A stretch of DNA of 64,000 nucleotides from Octopus sinensis (GCF_006345805.1 NC_043013.1:19344001-19408000), one strand, 5' to 3'. Numbered from the stretch's first letter, positions 42,004 to 56,067 are shown. Numbers and translations: made by a program. The notes: generated from the letters alone by a model not told the origin.

Positions 42004-42216
42004 TTCATTCATACACATATATAACTACAGGCATACAGAAAATATGCATATAATGTGTGTATGTATGTGTGTATATATGTGTAGATATAAATATAAATGT
42101 ATATATATACATATATATATTTCAGTGTATATATACATACGTATATATTTATACATACATACATACATACATACATACATACATACATACATACATTTAT
42201 ATATATATATATATAT

Positions 42217-42263
<47 letters not shown>

Positions 42264-42469
42264 TATATATTATTTATTTATTTATATTATATTTATATAT
42301 ACACGTTCATACATACACATATATGACTATAGGCATACAGAAAATATGCATTTAATGTGTGTATGTATGTATGTATATATATGTGTGTGTGTGTGTATGT
42401 GTGTGTGTGTATGTATGTATGTATGTATGTATGTATGTGTGTGTGTTTATTATCAGATGAAAGGATGAG

Positions 42470-43575
42470 CCTTTATGAGCAGAAGACTATGCAAGGACAT
42501 GCTAGTAGAAAGCTCCCAGATGATAGTAACATTGGTCATCAAAGCAGTCTATCATGGACCAACAATCGGATACTACCTCCCACTTTGAAGGATATGCGTT
42601 TGCAATCTAGGAACAGGAAATATCAAACAAATACATGATGCACAAAAAGGATAGAGATGCAGGAAAAGTAGTAAAGTGTGACAACCGATGCAGACTTTGT
42701 GGAGTTAACACCAAAGATATCGCCCACGACATAAGCAGTTTTCCGAAAATGTCATCACGGTAAAATCCACCGATGTGACACGACGTTGTAGCGTGGACAC
42801 TCTAAAATGAAATCTATCGGAAGGATAATCTGAGAAGAAAGCAGTAAGAACTCACAATAAGGTAGAAGCCATAGACACTCATAATAAAAAGGAATATTGG
42901 TGGAATGTCCCAGTGAAGACCTCAATAAAATGTAAGCACAACAGACCTAATATAATGATTGAGATAGAGAAGAGAAACTGTGTACAGTTGTGGGAATTAG
43001 CTGCCCAGCGGATGTTAACATAAAGCTGAAGATCAGTGAAGAAGAGAATATCCACGCTGAACTATTGAGAAATCTGTAGTTACTCTATCCAGATTACAAG
43101 TTCAGGTTTTTACCTGCACTTAATGGGGTTCTGGGATATGTAATACACTGCCTAAATACCAACCGTGAGAAATTTGGCTTCCCAAAACCAGAAAAGGAGA
43201 AAGCTAATACGAAGACTACAGATACAATCCATCACTGGAACTGTAAAACTTTCCAGAAGTTTATCATTTAAATATATATGAACATGTCTAGAAATGCAAG
43301 AATATGCATGAGAATACATACATAAAGCAAAACATACACATTTACACATATAAATACATGCATACATACATACATAAATAATACATACATACATACATAC
43401 ATACATACATACATACATACATACATACATACATACATACATGCATACATACATACATAATAGCTTGTTGTTGATATTAAAATTCAAATGAAAGAACCTT
43501 AAATCTAGGGTAGAAACCGGCTCTTTCTCTATTTGCAACAAATCTTGAAATAAAACTGAACAATGACATACATAC
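42470..43575 (+). mobile_element. R4/Dong-like LINE 3' part (zinc knuckle plus restriction-like endonuclease) with (CATA)n in the 3'UTR and tail
   Basis: CRLCGVNTKDIAH; HDVV; YWWNVPVKT..HNRPNI; ISCPADVNIKLKISE; LLYPDYKFRF; FGFPKPEKEKLIRRLQIQSITGTVK. Confidence 0.85.
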
Positions 43576-43619
43576 ATTCATACATATGCACATATATACA
43601 CATAGGTAACTTTCTATGT

Positions 43620-44450
43620 GATTGTGCCATCGCCGCTCCTTCCTTTCTCTCAATAAACCCTAGCGATCTTCACGGTTTTGGTTTGTCCCCAAACTCTCCT
43701 TGTTCAAAACCCCAATGGTCTAAATGCCGCCACGTCCAACAAAACCCCTCTGTCATGCAGATAAAATCACTGAATAATCCCAACCATGCATCACCCACAC
43801 GCAGCTTGGAGATCACACTACTTTGCTTTCATCTACAGAGACGTTGAGAGTCTCCTTCTGTGGTTGTGCGCCGATCTTGTCTGCTTTAACAGTAAAAGAA
43901 TTAAGTTTTATTTACACGAAGGAAACTTCTCTACATACTCCTATATACTTGAATGATACTCAACTATAATCCTCACAGCTGTTCCAAATACGGGTCTTTA
44001 CTAATACCGAAGATCTCTTCTGGTTAAAGCGCAGCATTATCAAAGCTAGAACCATATCCTGATAAGTGGAATGTGGTCCTCAGGGCAAGAATATATTTCA
44101 TTATCCAACGACTGAAAATACTCTACAAGCTTTAAGGAAGGTCCTCAATAAATTACTGCTCCCCTATCTAGAATGGTGCTGCTATTGCTCACACACAAAC
44201 AATCTGAATCGCATCCAAATATTGGCCACTCCACTAATAGTTTTTCAATTATTAATTAACTAACTGTAGCCGGTACATTGCCTCCTTTATCAGCCTTTTC
44301 TATCAGTACCCTTTCTCGGAGTTTTCTGATCTCCTGACCCCATCCTTCAAGCATCCATAGAACTAAACGTCTTCCCATCTCTCATCATTTATGTAACGCT
44401 CAACTATGTCGGCCCTGCACTGGCCACTACGCGCCGTCTTTTCTTCCCAT
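43620..44450 (+). mobile_element. Highly decayed L2/CR1/Jockey-like LINE RT C-terminal fragment
   Basis: Remnants resembling L.W..H, LYKA..RP.LE.C and RY.AS..SLFYQY; heavily frameshifted. Confidence 0.4.
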
Positions 44451-45049
44451 AACATAGACACGTTAGCATTTTCTCCCTGCTCATGTCTTCCTTGCATATG
44501 TTGTCCTACTACAGTTTAAACAGGGCATTAATGACATTAAGCTCACTGTCATAGAGGGCTTGCAAAGGTCACAGGCAACGCCCTCCTTCTGAAAGTAATA
44601 CGCAAATGCGCGCACACACATACACACACGTATATATACATACATATATACATACACAATCACACATATATTCCAACATATACACATATCTGTGTTTCTG
44701 TGTGTGCATATAGTGCATATATGTACATGTGGATGTGTGTTTGTGAAGGTGCGTAACCTAGGGTCAAGGGTTCAATTCCTTGACTGGGTAGTGTGTTGTG
44801 TCCTTCAGTAAGGGACACTTTCACGTTGCTCCCTTTTACTCAGCTGAAAAGGAGCGTCAGCCCAGTGCTAGTGCAGCCTTTTGTCTGTTTGTCTCTGTCT
44901 CTCTCTCCCCCTCTCTCCAGCCATCACATCTTAGATGTCCCGCTGGTATCAAGGATGAGGGGCTCCAGTATGTGTCTACGCATGTTTACAACGGCATAGG
45001 CACCTTAAGCAGTCAGAGAAAGTATAATTCATACTCTCAAGTCAATCCC

Positions 45050-45457
45050 AATAAAAGAAAAAGGCCGGGAATGCTCACCAGAGGAGTCCTTTTCGTATTG
45101 ACAAAGCTCCAGCCCACATCTCAGTGGTTGCCATGGCAACAATTCGTGATTGTGGATACGAACTTGTTCACCATCCGCCTTATTCGCCAGACTCATCCCC
45201 CTCTGACTTTCATCTATTCCCCAAATGAAAAAAGCCCTGGCTGGTCGCCATTTTGTCAGTGACAATGACGTCATATACGCTGTAGGAAGTTTCTTAGAGT
45301 CTCAAACAAAAGAGTTCCTCTTCGCCGGGATAATAGCGCTTCAGCATCGCTGGAGAAAGTGTTCAGCCATCGAGGGGTCTATGTTGAAAAATGAATAATC
45401 AGAAGTCTTGTACTATGTTTTGTTTTTTAAGGCTCAAAACTTTTCATACACCCTTCG
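45050..45457 (+). mobile_element. Mariner 3' fragment with right TIR
   Basis: KRKRPGMLTRGV..DKAPAH..GYELVHHPPYSPD..SD.HLFP.MKK.L.G.HF..RWRKC..YVEK*; ends aacttttcatacacccttcgTA. Confidence 0.85.
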
Positions 45458-45834
45458 TACATCAGCATCTTTAATAACCACCATAACAATATAACAAAAA
45501 ATTTGGTTAAACATATATTGCTTAGAATACCTAACTTATCCGCCAACCAAACCGTTTTCAATAGTAAAGCTGACTTTTATAACTCAGCTTTATATAAAGC
45601 AGGATATAAGAAAGAAATTAAATAAGATGACCAACTTTTCCCTAACTCTCCCTGTAATCGTCTCATTGATGTTAATTACGTTATTAATAATAATTATAGT
45701 AGCAATAATAACAATAATTATACTAATAACAGTCACAATTCTACAGAGTAAAGTTTATTTGCAACTTAAAGTGGTATTCCTGATTAGGTAGTACAGGTAG
45801 TACACACACACACACACACACACATACACACACA

Positions 45835-46657
45835 CAGGGCGGGGTGAATATATTGTCGTCTAAATTACGCAAAAATGAAAATAATACTGACATCTCGTTT
45901 TAACAGGTGTATTTACCGAAATTGCATAAAAATATTTTGAAATGCTAAAGAGTAAATTTATTCAATAAAATTACCATTGGCTTCAACCACGTCCTCCAGA
46001 TCATTTCGGAATTACCTGCAATTCATCTGGACAGTATCCTTAAGTTAGTGAATGCTGCTATTTTTGGTCTTACAAGCAGTTTTCTTGGTCTCTTGTTCTA
46101 TTACGCCCCACAGAAAAGGGTTACAGTCTGGGGAGTTAAGTGACCAGATGTTAGGGGTAATGTGGTCGCAGAAATTGTCTGACAGCGATGACTAGGTGCT
46201 CCTGTTTGTGTGGCATGGTGCAGAGTCATGTTGTCAGACATAGGGTCTTCCAGCAGCCACCCTCTTGACCCAGGGCAGCACTACCTCCTCCAAGCACTTG
46301 ATGAAGGCCTTTGTATTGAGTTTGAGACCGTGTGAGAAGATGAATGGAGGCATAACATCGCCATCACTTGTTGACTGGATGTTTGATGTTTGATTTTCAT
46401 CACGTTCGGTGCATGTCATCAGACTGACACCCAAACACTCTGAAATGTTCGTATTGGAGATTCCGGCGCGAATGACAAAGCGTATAGCATGTTGTTTCCA
46501 AATTTCTGGCAGAGTGCATTGTGCCATGGTGCTATGTTTCTCACAGATCGTGCCCAACTGACCCTACTATACTGTGTAGTCAACAAAATCAAAAGCAAAC
46601 AATGCGCATGCACGAAATTAAAAATATAAATGGCGACAATTTGAACATCGTGCCCTG
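45835..46657 (-). mobile_element. Internally deleted maT/DD37D-like Tc1-mariner element
   Basis: DGDVMPPFIF..GLKLNT..VVLPWVKRVAAGRPYV*QHDSAPCH..NSPDCNP; TIRs CAGGGC..ATTGTCG at both ends. Confidence 0.85.
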
Positions 46658-46966
46658 TGTGTGTCTGTGTATGTGTGCTTGTATATATGTATGTATATAT
46701 ATATGTATATATATAATTATTTAACAATTAAGGATAACCTCTTAATAAGGAATCTTAACAAGAAATTATCAGGTAGATAGCGTGAAAAACCTCATAAGAT
46801 AAAAATTTCGAAAATAATTCTTTCTTATTGAACATATTAATTTATATATAGAGGGCATTATTATACATACATGCCACACGCTAAGAGGGACATTAGTCAT
46901 TTCTACCAAAAATTTTACTAATTCTACCCAAATGCAATTTTTCAAAGCAAGACATTTAAAAAATTA

Positions 46967-47015
46967 AGTCTTGTATCACCTGTGATTTCGTACTTACGTA
47001 CTCATCAGCAAGACT
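46967..47015 (-). ncRNA. Type I hammerhead ribozyme, intact core
   Basis: Exact reverse complement of 47143-47191. Confidence 0.85.
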
Positions 47016-47142
47016 GGTTCTGAACGTATCATAAATAAACGACATGTATTATATGTAAACTCCCCCATGTGCTTCGTTGTTGAACAGTTAGCTGTTTAGC
47101 TTCGAAGAGACGAGGTCGTTTATTTATGATACGTTCAGAACC

Positions 47143-47191
47143 AGTCTTGCTGATGAGTACGTAAGTACGAAATCACAGGTGATACAAGACT
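47143..47191 (+). ncRNA. Type I hammerhead ribozyme, intact core
   Basis: Stem I AGUCUUG/CAAGACU (7 bp); CUGAUGA; stem II GUAC-GUAA-GUAC; GAAA; stem III UCAC-AG-GUGA; AUA triplet, predicted cleavage after 47184. Confidence 0.88.
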
Positions 47192-47319
47192 TAATTTTTT
47201 AAATGTCTTGCTTTGAAAAATTGCATTTGGGTAGAATTAGTAATTTTTTTGTAGAAATGACTAATGTCCCTCTTAGCGTGTGGCATGTATGTATAATAAT
47301 GCCCTCTATATATAAATTA

Positions 47320-47360
<41 letters not shown>

Positions 47361-47361
<1 letters not shown>

Positions 47362-47689
47362 ACCCCCTTCGGTCATGAATGACCATGGGATTGCACCTAG
47401 AAAGTTACCCTCCTAGACACAAGTCCGGGCAAGGTTGTTTATGGAAGACCAGCAGTCGCCCATGCATACCAGCCTCCCCTCTCCACGCCACCAGTGTTAT
47501 CCAAGGGAAAGACAAAGGTCGATACAGCTTGGCACCAGTGACGTCGCAACTCATTTCTACAACTGAGTGAACTGGAGCAACGTGAAATAAAGTGCTTTGC
47601 TCAAGAACACAACACGCAGCCCGGTCCGGGATTCGAGCTCACAACCTCACGATCGTAAGCTCGACGCTCTAACCACTGAGCCATGCGCC
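47361..47689 (-). mobile_element. SINE family A, full length
   Basis: Reverse complement of 6038-6367. Confidence 0.9.
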
Positions 47690-47727
<38 letters not shown>

Positions 47728-47731
47728 ATAC

Positions 47732-47804
<73 letters not shown>

Positions 47805-48244
47805 TGCATACTTACAGAGAGAGGAAGAGAGAGAGTAAGTGCTTACTTTCTATAAATAAATTACCTAATACGATCCGACTTAGTGTTATCTTAAGCAAGT
47901 ACCTTTTCTGAAATTTTATGTCAACCGAAGCCTTATGAGTGAAGTTAGATAAACGGAAACTTTGTGGAAACCGCTCAGATAGATTGTACCTGTAATTAGC
48001 GCGTCCAATTCTGTAACACACTAAGTCTCACTGATTCTATTTGAGAATTTCTTTAGGGTAACTTAATTTTTTAAAAATATTTAAAACACAATTTATCTTT
48101 CAATTTAAGAATTTAACATAAATTGTCATCTTCTTAATTAAAATTGTGTGTTACATTTTAATCACCAGGCAATAATTATGAAAACAATGGAAAAATTCAA
48201 AATTCAAAATTATCAAAATACTTATTAGCATTTATATTACGTTG

Positions 48245-48373
48245 TTGTCGTTGTTACTGTCCTTGACGTTATTGTTGTTGTCGTTGATGATGATGATGAT
48301 GATGACGACGAGGAAAAAGATGAGAAGGAGGAGGAAGCTTAGTAGGGAAAATGTTATAATGAATGGTGTGTGG

Positions 48374-48405
<32 letters not shown>

Positions 48406-48455
48406 ATGATGATGTTGATGACGACGACGACGACGAAGACGACGATGACGACAAC

Positions 48456-48492
<37 letters not shown>

Positions 48493-48500
48493 GTGATGAT
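48245..48500. repeat. Compound (GAT/GAC)n trinucleotide tract (similar tract at 49297-49540)
   Basis: Direct reading; it produces the poly-H/poly-M ORFs. Confidence 0.9.
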
Positions 48501-48844
48501 GATCTGTGGGTGGGCAGAGGATTGCGAAAGACATGAACTGCGGTCAATCGGTCACCACGTACTGCCATTCAAGAGTTGGCTTCTTTCGCCATGAACAGTG
48601 TTGTTTCGACGCCCTCATCTATTGTCGACCCAGGGGGAAACGGGCCCACAAAATGCAGAATATAAAATACACCCAGTAAAATAAAGCATATAAACGTGTT
48701 TATATTTATCAGAATTCAGTATCCAGGTACTATAAAAGCTGAAAATAAATACTTCCATCTAAATAAACCTTCACAGTTTTGAAGGCATTTTCAGATAATG
48801 CAAGTACATCGGCAATACCTGACTATTAATGTAGATAAATACAT

Positions 48845-49040
48845 TATGGGTTTCAAATTTTGGGTGAAGGACAGCAATTTCTGGGAAGGGGTAAAGCGAT
48901 TATATCGACCCCAGTTTTCAAATGATATTTATTTTATCGACCCCCGAAAGGATGAAAGGCAAAATCAACCCTGTCGGAATTTGAACTCAGAACGAAAATG
49001 ACAGACGAAATACCGTTAAGCAATTTGCTCGGCGTGTTAA
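48845..49040 (-). mobile_element. SINE family D
   Basis: atcgacccccgaaaggatgaaaggc..tttgaactcagaacg. Confidence 0.75.
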
Positions 49041-49479
49041 CGATTCTGCCGTCTTACCGTCTTGTAGATACATATTAGTATAACTACATACAATATTGAT
49101 ATACTTGTCTACCACGTTGTTTGTTGACGAGCACTATTAGTCACTTGTCCCCAGAATTCCCTATTGCTTTGCTTTTTTCAGGCTTCTTCTCCCCAGTAGA
49201 CCAGGGTCTTCAACTTGTAGGTTAATCAATTCCCGAGCAGAACGACCCTGTGATCGCTCTCCATTTGATTCTTTCATTGGCATTTAGCCCCCGCGATTGA
49301 TGATGATGATGATGAAGATGATGATGATGATGGTGATGATGATAATGACGACCATGATGACAACGACGACGGGGAGAAATGTGGTGATGAATAGCGTGGC
49401 TGTGAAGATGATGATAGTGAAGATGGTGATGATGATGATTATGATGATGATGATGACGGCGATGACGACGACAATTATA

Positions 49480-49542
<63 letters not shown>

Positions 49543-49559
49543 AGACCGCATGGAATTAG

Positions 49560-50500
49560 CTAGAGGTGATATAGACTCCTGTGTACGTAACAGTGATGAA
49601 AGTTTATTAAAGGCTGCTGGAGACACAGCAAGACATAGAGAAATCAAAAACCCAAACGAAGTTAAAAGCCATAAAAAATAGCAGAAATTATCTGTAGAAG
49701 GCGTTGCATGTTAGATCCCCAAAGATACTTGTAGCAAATAATAATAATGAGGTATGATCATGGTTGCAGAAAGGAAAGCTGAAGAGGGAGACAGAAAGTT
49801 TGTTAATAGCTGCACAAGATCAAGCATTAAGGACTAATTGAATAAACGCCAAGATAGACAAAAGTCAAGTAGATTTCCAATGTAGAATATGAAAATCAAA
49901 AGAGGAAAGCGTTATTCACATAGTAAGTGAATGTAGCATGCTGGCACAGAAAGAATACAAGAAAAGACGTGGGAGCTACGTAGAAAGCTAGGATTTGAAC
50001 ATACTGATAAATGGTATGAACACGAAACTAGTAAATTACAATAAAGTTAAAAATATAAGATGTTGTGGACTTCAACATTCAAACTGAAAGAGTAATAGAA
50101 GCTAAGCCTGATTTAGTAGTAGATATAGAGAATAGAAAGTGCCAGGAAATAGAGTTTAGGGTCTCAAATGATGAAAACATTAATATGAGAAGCAGAGAAA
50201 AAATAGCAAAGTTCCGGGACTTAGCTATTGAATTAAAGAGACTGTGGAAACTGCGCGTAAAATGTACCCCAGTAGTTGTAGGTGCATTGAGAACTATCCT
50301 AATAGGTCTAAACAGATGGATAGAGGAAATAGGCATAAAACCCTGTTTAGTACAGCTCCAGAAAACAGTATTATAAGGGACAACTAAGATCTTTAGGGGT
50401 GTTTTAGGCATCTAACGCTATTTGTTGTAGCCTGATATTAGGATTCTTTTCCTTTCCAACCGTTTAACCTGTTGAGTGTATACGAGAATAATTATAGTAA
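49560..50500 (+). mobile_element. Dong/R4-like LINE 3' fragment (distinct family)
   Basis: KLKRETESLLIAAQDQALRT; CRI..EESVIHIVSECS; WDFNIQTERVIEAKPD; EKIAKFRDLAIELKRLW..PVVVGAL..LQKTVL. Confidence 0.88.
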
Positions 50501-50535
50501 TAGTAATAGTAGCAACAGTCGTAGTAGTAGCTGTT

Positions 50536-50615
<80 letters not shown>

Positions 50616-50953
50616 TCTGTGTATCTCTGATCACGAGCAGATGTAGTTGGGGAGCATCATCATAGCCATGTGTTGAGAGAAATTATTTGTGGTTTGAGTA
50701 ATTCACCCCTGGAAAAAAACCTCTGGGTGTTTCTTTCTTCATCCTTAAACAGCTGTTATTCAGGGACTTTTTGAGCGGGTTCGGGTACTCGACCTAAGGA
50801 ATATTCTATCATGCCCCCCCACCTGCATGTGCCTGGCGCACCCTTATCTCACGGGTAGTTATGATGGGTATATCGGGTTCTTATAATTGTTCCACGTGTC
50901 ACTTTGCTGGCATGCGCTGCTCTCTTACCCAATAATAATAGTAATAATAATAA

Positions 50954-50985
<32 letters not shown>

Positions 50986-51235
50986 AAAACAACAACTATA
51001 GTAATAATAGGTTTATTAGAACAATACAGAAATAGTAGTAGTGGTGGTAGTTACAATAGGTAATCCCAGAGTGTATAAGTCGTCATTGTTGGTAAAGAAA
51101 ATAGTGAATGGAGTTGAAAAATGTTTTTGTCCAAGGCTTAAAGTAGGGGGTGGGGTAGGGGATGATGTCAGAGGGGAGAACAAGATGACACATCATACAC
51201 CACTCAACTCCCTACTGATTTTTCTGTCTTATTCC

Positions 51236-51318
<83 letters not shown>

Positions 51319-51323
51319 GTCTG

Positions 51324-51374
<51 letters not shown>

Positions 51375-51436
51375 GTCTGTCTGTCTGTCTGTGTATCTAT
51401 CTCTCTCTCTCTGTCTATATCTTTATTTCTATCTAC

Positions 51437-51476
<40 letters not shown>

Positions 51477-51959
51477 TTATCTATCTGTAAGCATGTATGT
51501 GTGTGTATGTGTGTGTGTGTGTGTGTGTGAGTATGTGTGTGTGTGTCTATTCCTCTCGTTTCCTCTATCTATCATTAAAACCGCAACCAGCAACAAGGCA
51601 CCTATTGTCTCTTGTGTTATTTTGCTTGGTTGTCATTTTGTTCTGCAATGTTCTACTCATTTGCTACAGAACACACACACACGCGCACCAGATATACACA
51701 TTAATACACACAACTGCACCGAAATAATAACTGTCATAAGTATATGTATATGTATATATGTAAGTATATATATATATATGTATGTGTGTGTATGTATACA
51801 CACATATACATACAAGCACACCCGTATACACATACTAGCGCGCGAGCACGCACACGCACACACATACAGATAGTTACAGTACACAGGAAAGAGAAGTAAT
51901 GGTATGTTTTTAAGGTTGAATATTTGTTTTAATGATCTGACATATTTCTAAAAGTTTCG

Positions 51960-52140
51960 CAGACGCAGAATGGACATCCAATCGTTCTGCCGATTTTCAG
52001 GAAGTGATAGAAGTGCTGCAACAAGTGTATTGAAGCCAGAAGATCATACTTTGAAGGAGATAAGAGTTTTGTATTACTTTGAAATTGATTAATGTCTCTC
52101 TTGAAAAAATCTTAAAACTTCTGGATTGCACCTTGGTCGT
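51960..52140 (+). mobile_element. Mariner C-terminal fragment
   Basis: ..CNKCIEARRSYFEGD. Confidence 0.45.
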
Positions 52141-52494
52141 CTTAAACACATTTTCATGTGAATATAGTGGCCTAATAATGTAATCCAGACTTTGCGAATT
52201 TTCTAGGTGTTCACTTTGTCAGAGATGCATACAACATTGCATGATTCAACCATTGTCTTCACTGAAAAAAGTGTAAAATTATGTAATTAAACAAATTATG
52301 AACTGACCCTCAAATTCACCTTATAATATAGCTTATTTGACCTTTCTAACTGTGGAGTCCAAGGAAAGGAAACTTGGATAATAATATACGAGTTCTCTTC
52401 ACAAATTTTTCTCTTTTAATGTGAAAAGATGTTCATGGAATTCTAAATACTGGTTATATGGCATGCAACATAAATCGTCCGATACAGAGAGTTT

Positions 52495-52812
52495 AAGACA
52501 CTTTTCGGTCATGAATGATTATGGTATTGCAACTGGAAAGTTTCTCACCGAGGCACAAGTCTGGGAAAACTTGTTTATAGAAGACCGGCAGTCGCCCAAG
52601 CATATCAGCCTCTCCTCTCCATACTACTGCTGTTATCCAAGGAAAAGGTCAAAGGCCGATACGGCTTGGTACCAGTGATGTTGTAACTCATTCCTATAGC
52701 TGATTGAACTGGAGCAAAGTGAAATAAAGTGTCTCGCTCAAGGACACAGTATAGGACCCACTCTAGGAATCGACCTCACTACCTAATGATTCTGAGTCCA
52801 ATGCTCTAACCA
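52495..52812 (-). mobile_element. SINE family A, diverged
   Basis: Homologous to 47361-47689. Confidence 0.8.
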
Positions 52813-52897
52813 TAATTACACACACAAACACTCACACCCAGACATACATATACATACGTATACATACATACATACATATATATATATATTATATATA

Positions 52898-52929
<32 letters not shown>

Positions 52930-53504
52930 TCTGTTGTGTCTGGGGGGAGTAATTTTCTTTTTGTGCCTTATAATGTAACACACTTACCGATAAAATTTCC
53001 ACTTATTTCTTATTTTTACTTTCCTAAAATTTTCGTTGTGTCTTGCAACCTTTTCAATAGTCTTGACTCTGTCCGTTATTTACACTGAGTTCCTTTTTGT
53101 TTGTTTGTGCGCATGTGTGTGGGTCAGTGTGTGTGGGTCAGTGTGGGTGTGTGTGTGTGTGTGTGGGTGTGTGTGTGTGCCTATGCATGCATGCATGTAC
53201 GTATGTATGTGTGTATGTATGTTTGCATGTGCATGTATATATATATATGGGTGTGCATGCATCTGGATATATGTATGTATGTGTGCATCCGTATGTATGT
53301 ATCCTGCATATTCATGTGCTTGCATGCCCGTGTTTGTGTATTTTCTATGTATGTATGTGTGAGCGCGTGTTTGTAGATGTATGTAACTCTCTCCTTGTGT
53401 GTGTATGCCTGTGTGTGTTATACAACTATGAATCATGTTTGTATGTATGGATGTGTATCTCTGTATGTGTGGATCTGTGTCTCCATATGTGCCCTTGTGT
53501 GGAG

Positions 53505-54530
53505 TAAAGTGTTTGTATATATGGTCATGCCTCCAAAAGAATAACCCTGTTGCCCATCATTTATGCTCGAACAACCACTTCCCCGAACACCTCACTTTCT
53601 TTGGTCAGGCTTTACATTTACGGGAACCACCATCACCAGACTTCGCCAGGAGCAGCGATACATTTTTACACTACGAACTCATATACCATTTGGACTCAAC
53701 TCTCCTTCTTGTAACAGCTTCCAGCTTTCTTTTCCTTTCATTCTCCAGTCCTCTGTTGTTCCCCTCTTTTCTCTCTCTCCATATATCTTCTACATAACCG
53801 CATACATAACTTACAATGACTCAACACAACATGCATATCTGCTGCGCACAAACACACATTTATATAGGGCACGTATAAAACCTCACCTACGCCGACACAT
53901 ACACACACACACACACACACACAAACACATTCACGCACACACACACACGCGCGTGCGCGCACACACACACACACACGCCATAAATATGCACTCACAACAT
54001 GTATGCACACACCCAAACACATGCGTTCACAGTGACACACACTCACATATTCACTCACTCACAAATAAAAACACAAACACATACATATGTAATCATCCCT
54101 CACAACACTCCGTGATAAACAAACGCGCTACTCGTCACTTGCACACGCACATACACACACACATACACACATACACACACACACACACACAAAAAAAACA
54201 TATATACACAAATACACTTTACACACAGTACCATCTTCCCCGCTCCAATACACACGCTCACTCACACAATGGCCATTCTTGCACCGTGATGTCTTCAAAA
54301 ACCATATTCTCCAACTCTCTCCAGCTTCCGGTCACTTATTTTTTAACCATGTAAACAATACACATTCTTTGCTCCTAATTATCTGCTCTTCCTTCGTTTT
54401 ACATCTCTCTGGACTTGTTCCTCTTTCTGACGAAGAACCAGGCTCTAAACGTCTTTTCCTCGCCTACTTTTCCATGTAAAACTTTCACCAAGCGTCAGTC
54501 TAATTTATTCACTGGGTACATCTTCCGTTG
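53505..54530 (+). mobile_element. Penelope-like element relic 4 (GIY-YIG C-terminus plus microsatellite-expanded 3' region)
   Basis: QKNNPVAHHLCSNNHFPEHL..TITRLRQEQRYIFTLRTHIPFGLN; hammerhead relic at 54427-54453. Confidence 0.75.
54427..54453 (+). ncRNA. Decayed PLE-type minimal hammerhead relic
   Basis: CTGACGA-A-GAAC CAG GCTC-TAAAC-GTC. G12 is mutated to T and stem I no longer pairs. Confidence 0.4.
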
Positions 54531-55527
54531 TTTTTCCAGGTTTTTATTTTTGATTTGTATCTCTCTCTTTCTCTTTCTCCCTCCCTCTACATACACACAG
54601 ACACACACACATAAATATAAATGTGTGTGCATGTCTGTCTGTCTGACTGTCTGTCTGTCTGTATGTATGTATGTCTGTCTGTATGTATGTATGTAAATGT
54701 GTGCGTGTCTATCGAAAATGTCTTTCGATTTTACTTAAGGCAATAGTGTGTGTCTTGAGGGAGAGATATGTCTGTTCTTTCTAGCATGTTAATCGACTAC
54801 TTAGGTGTATAAATTTTCATAGCGATATAATGTTCTTCCTGTTTAACATTGTTTGGGTGTGATTTGTGAAACCTTTCGCTGCTATTTCTTCCAGATCAAA
54901 TGTCTACATAGAGACAGGTGTGGGTGTGTGTTGAACAGTAACTGATCTAGCGTTCCTTAAAAGCGAAACAAAAAGAAAAGGAATTTCACTTGACATTTGA
55001 GCATGATTTGGCTGCTATTTTTAGCCAGACAAATTACAATAAACGTTGCCCTTAGCGTCTCAAGTGAAATAGGGTAAGCTAAACAACAGGTAGGCTTCTG
55101 GTCTACCCAAAACTTCCTGGTCCCTTCAACACAGACACCTGCAATAGATAAATGGCAAGTGAATTTCTGGAGGTTGATCCTAGGGCCTAGCATTGAGACA
55201 AATCCCTTTTATAGTAGTGTATGCACCTTCATCAGTAGAAAGCTTGGCTAATTCAGGCCACAAGATTTTTATGAGAATTTGCGAGGCCAACAGTTTAAGA
55301 TTACCTGCCTTGTAATGTATGTTTGATAGCGGCGATGGCAGTGTGTGGTGGAGTTGGTGGTGGTTTATAGACAAATGTCTGACTGAAACTTAACTTCTCT
55401 GGTTTCAACCAGAGAGAGAGGAAAAGAAGGAAAAAGATTTGGGCGTTGGCGTACATTTATTTAAATTTTTTGTACGTGTGTGTATGTGTACGTGTGTGTG
55501 TAAATGTTTGTATATGTGCGTGCGTTT

Positions 55528-55568
<41 letters not shown>

Positions 55569-55615
55569 TGCACGTATGAATCTATTTCCTTCTCCTCCTC
55601 CTCTCCCGCTCTTTA

Positions 55616-55652
<37 letters not shown>

Positions 55653-55827
55653 GCAGATAGATAGGCTGATAAATAGATACACAGGTAGATTAAACAAACA
55701 GAGTGATAAATAGACAGACGAGCATGCAAGGTAGATAGAAAAAGAGATAGATAAACTGATAGATAGAGAGACAAAGAGACAAACCGATAGATAGATCGAG
55801 AGAGAGAGAGAGAGAAAGAAAGACGGA

Positions 55828-55868
<41 letters not shown>

Positions 55869-55946
55869 AGACACATACATATATTTTATAATTTATATCT
55901 ATGTTTATACCTCTTTCTATATTACAAAGTTTTGTAAAATTATTTG

Positions 55947-55978
<32 letters not shown>

Positions 55979-56026
55979 CACACACTCGCATATATATGTG
56001 TGTGTGCATATATATATATATGTATA

Positions 56027-56067
<41 letters not shown>

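Larger units (their letters stand above)
46832..47325. repeat. Near-perfect palindrome: arms 46832-47043 and 47115-47325, 71-bp spacer
   Basis: The arms differ only in one short T/A tract (about 3 changes including a 1-nt indel). Confidence 0.95.

Noticed and set aside
49778-49810. CTGAAGA..GAAA motif
   Set aside because: It is LINE coding sequence (KLKRETESLL) and has no helices.
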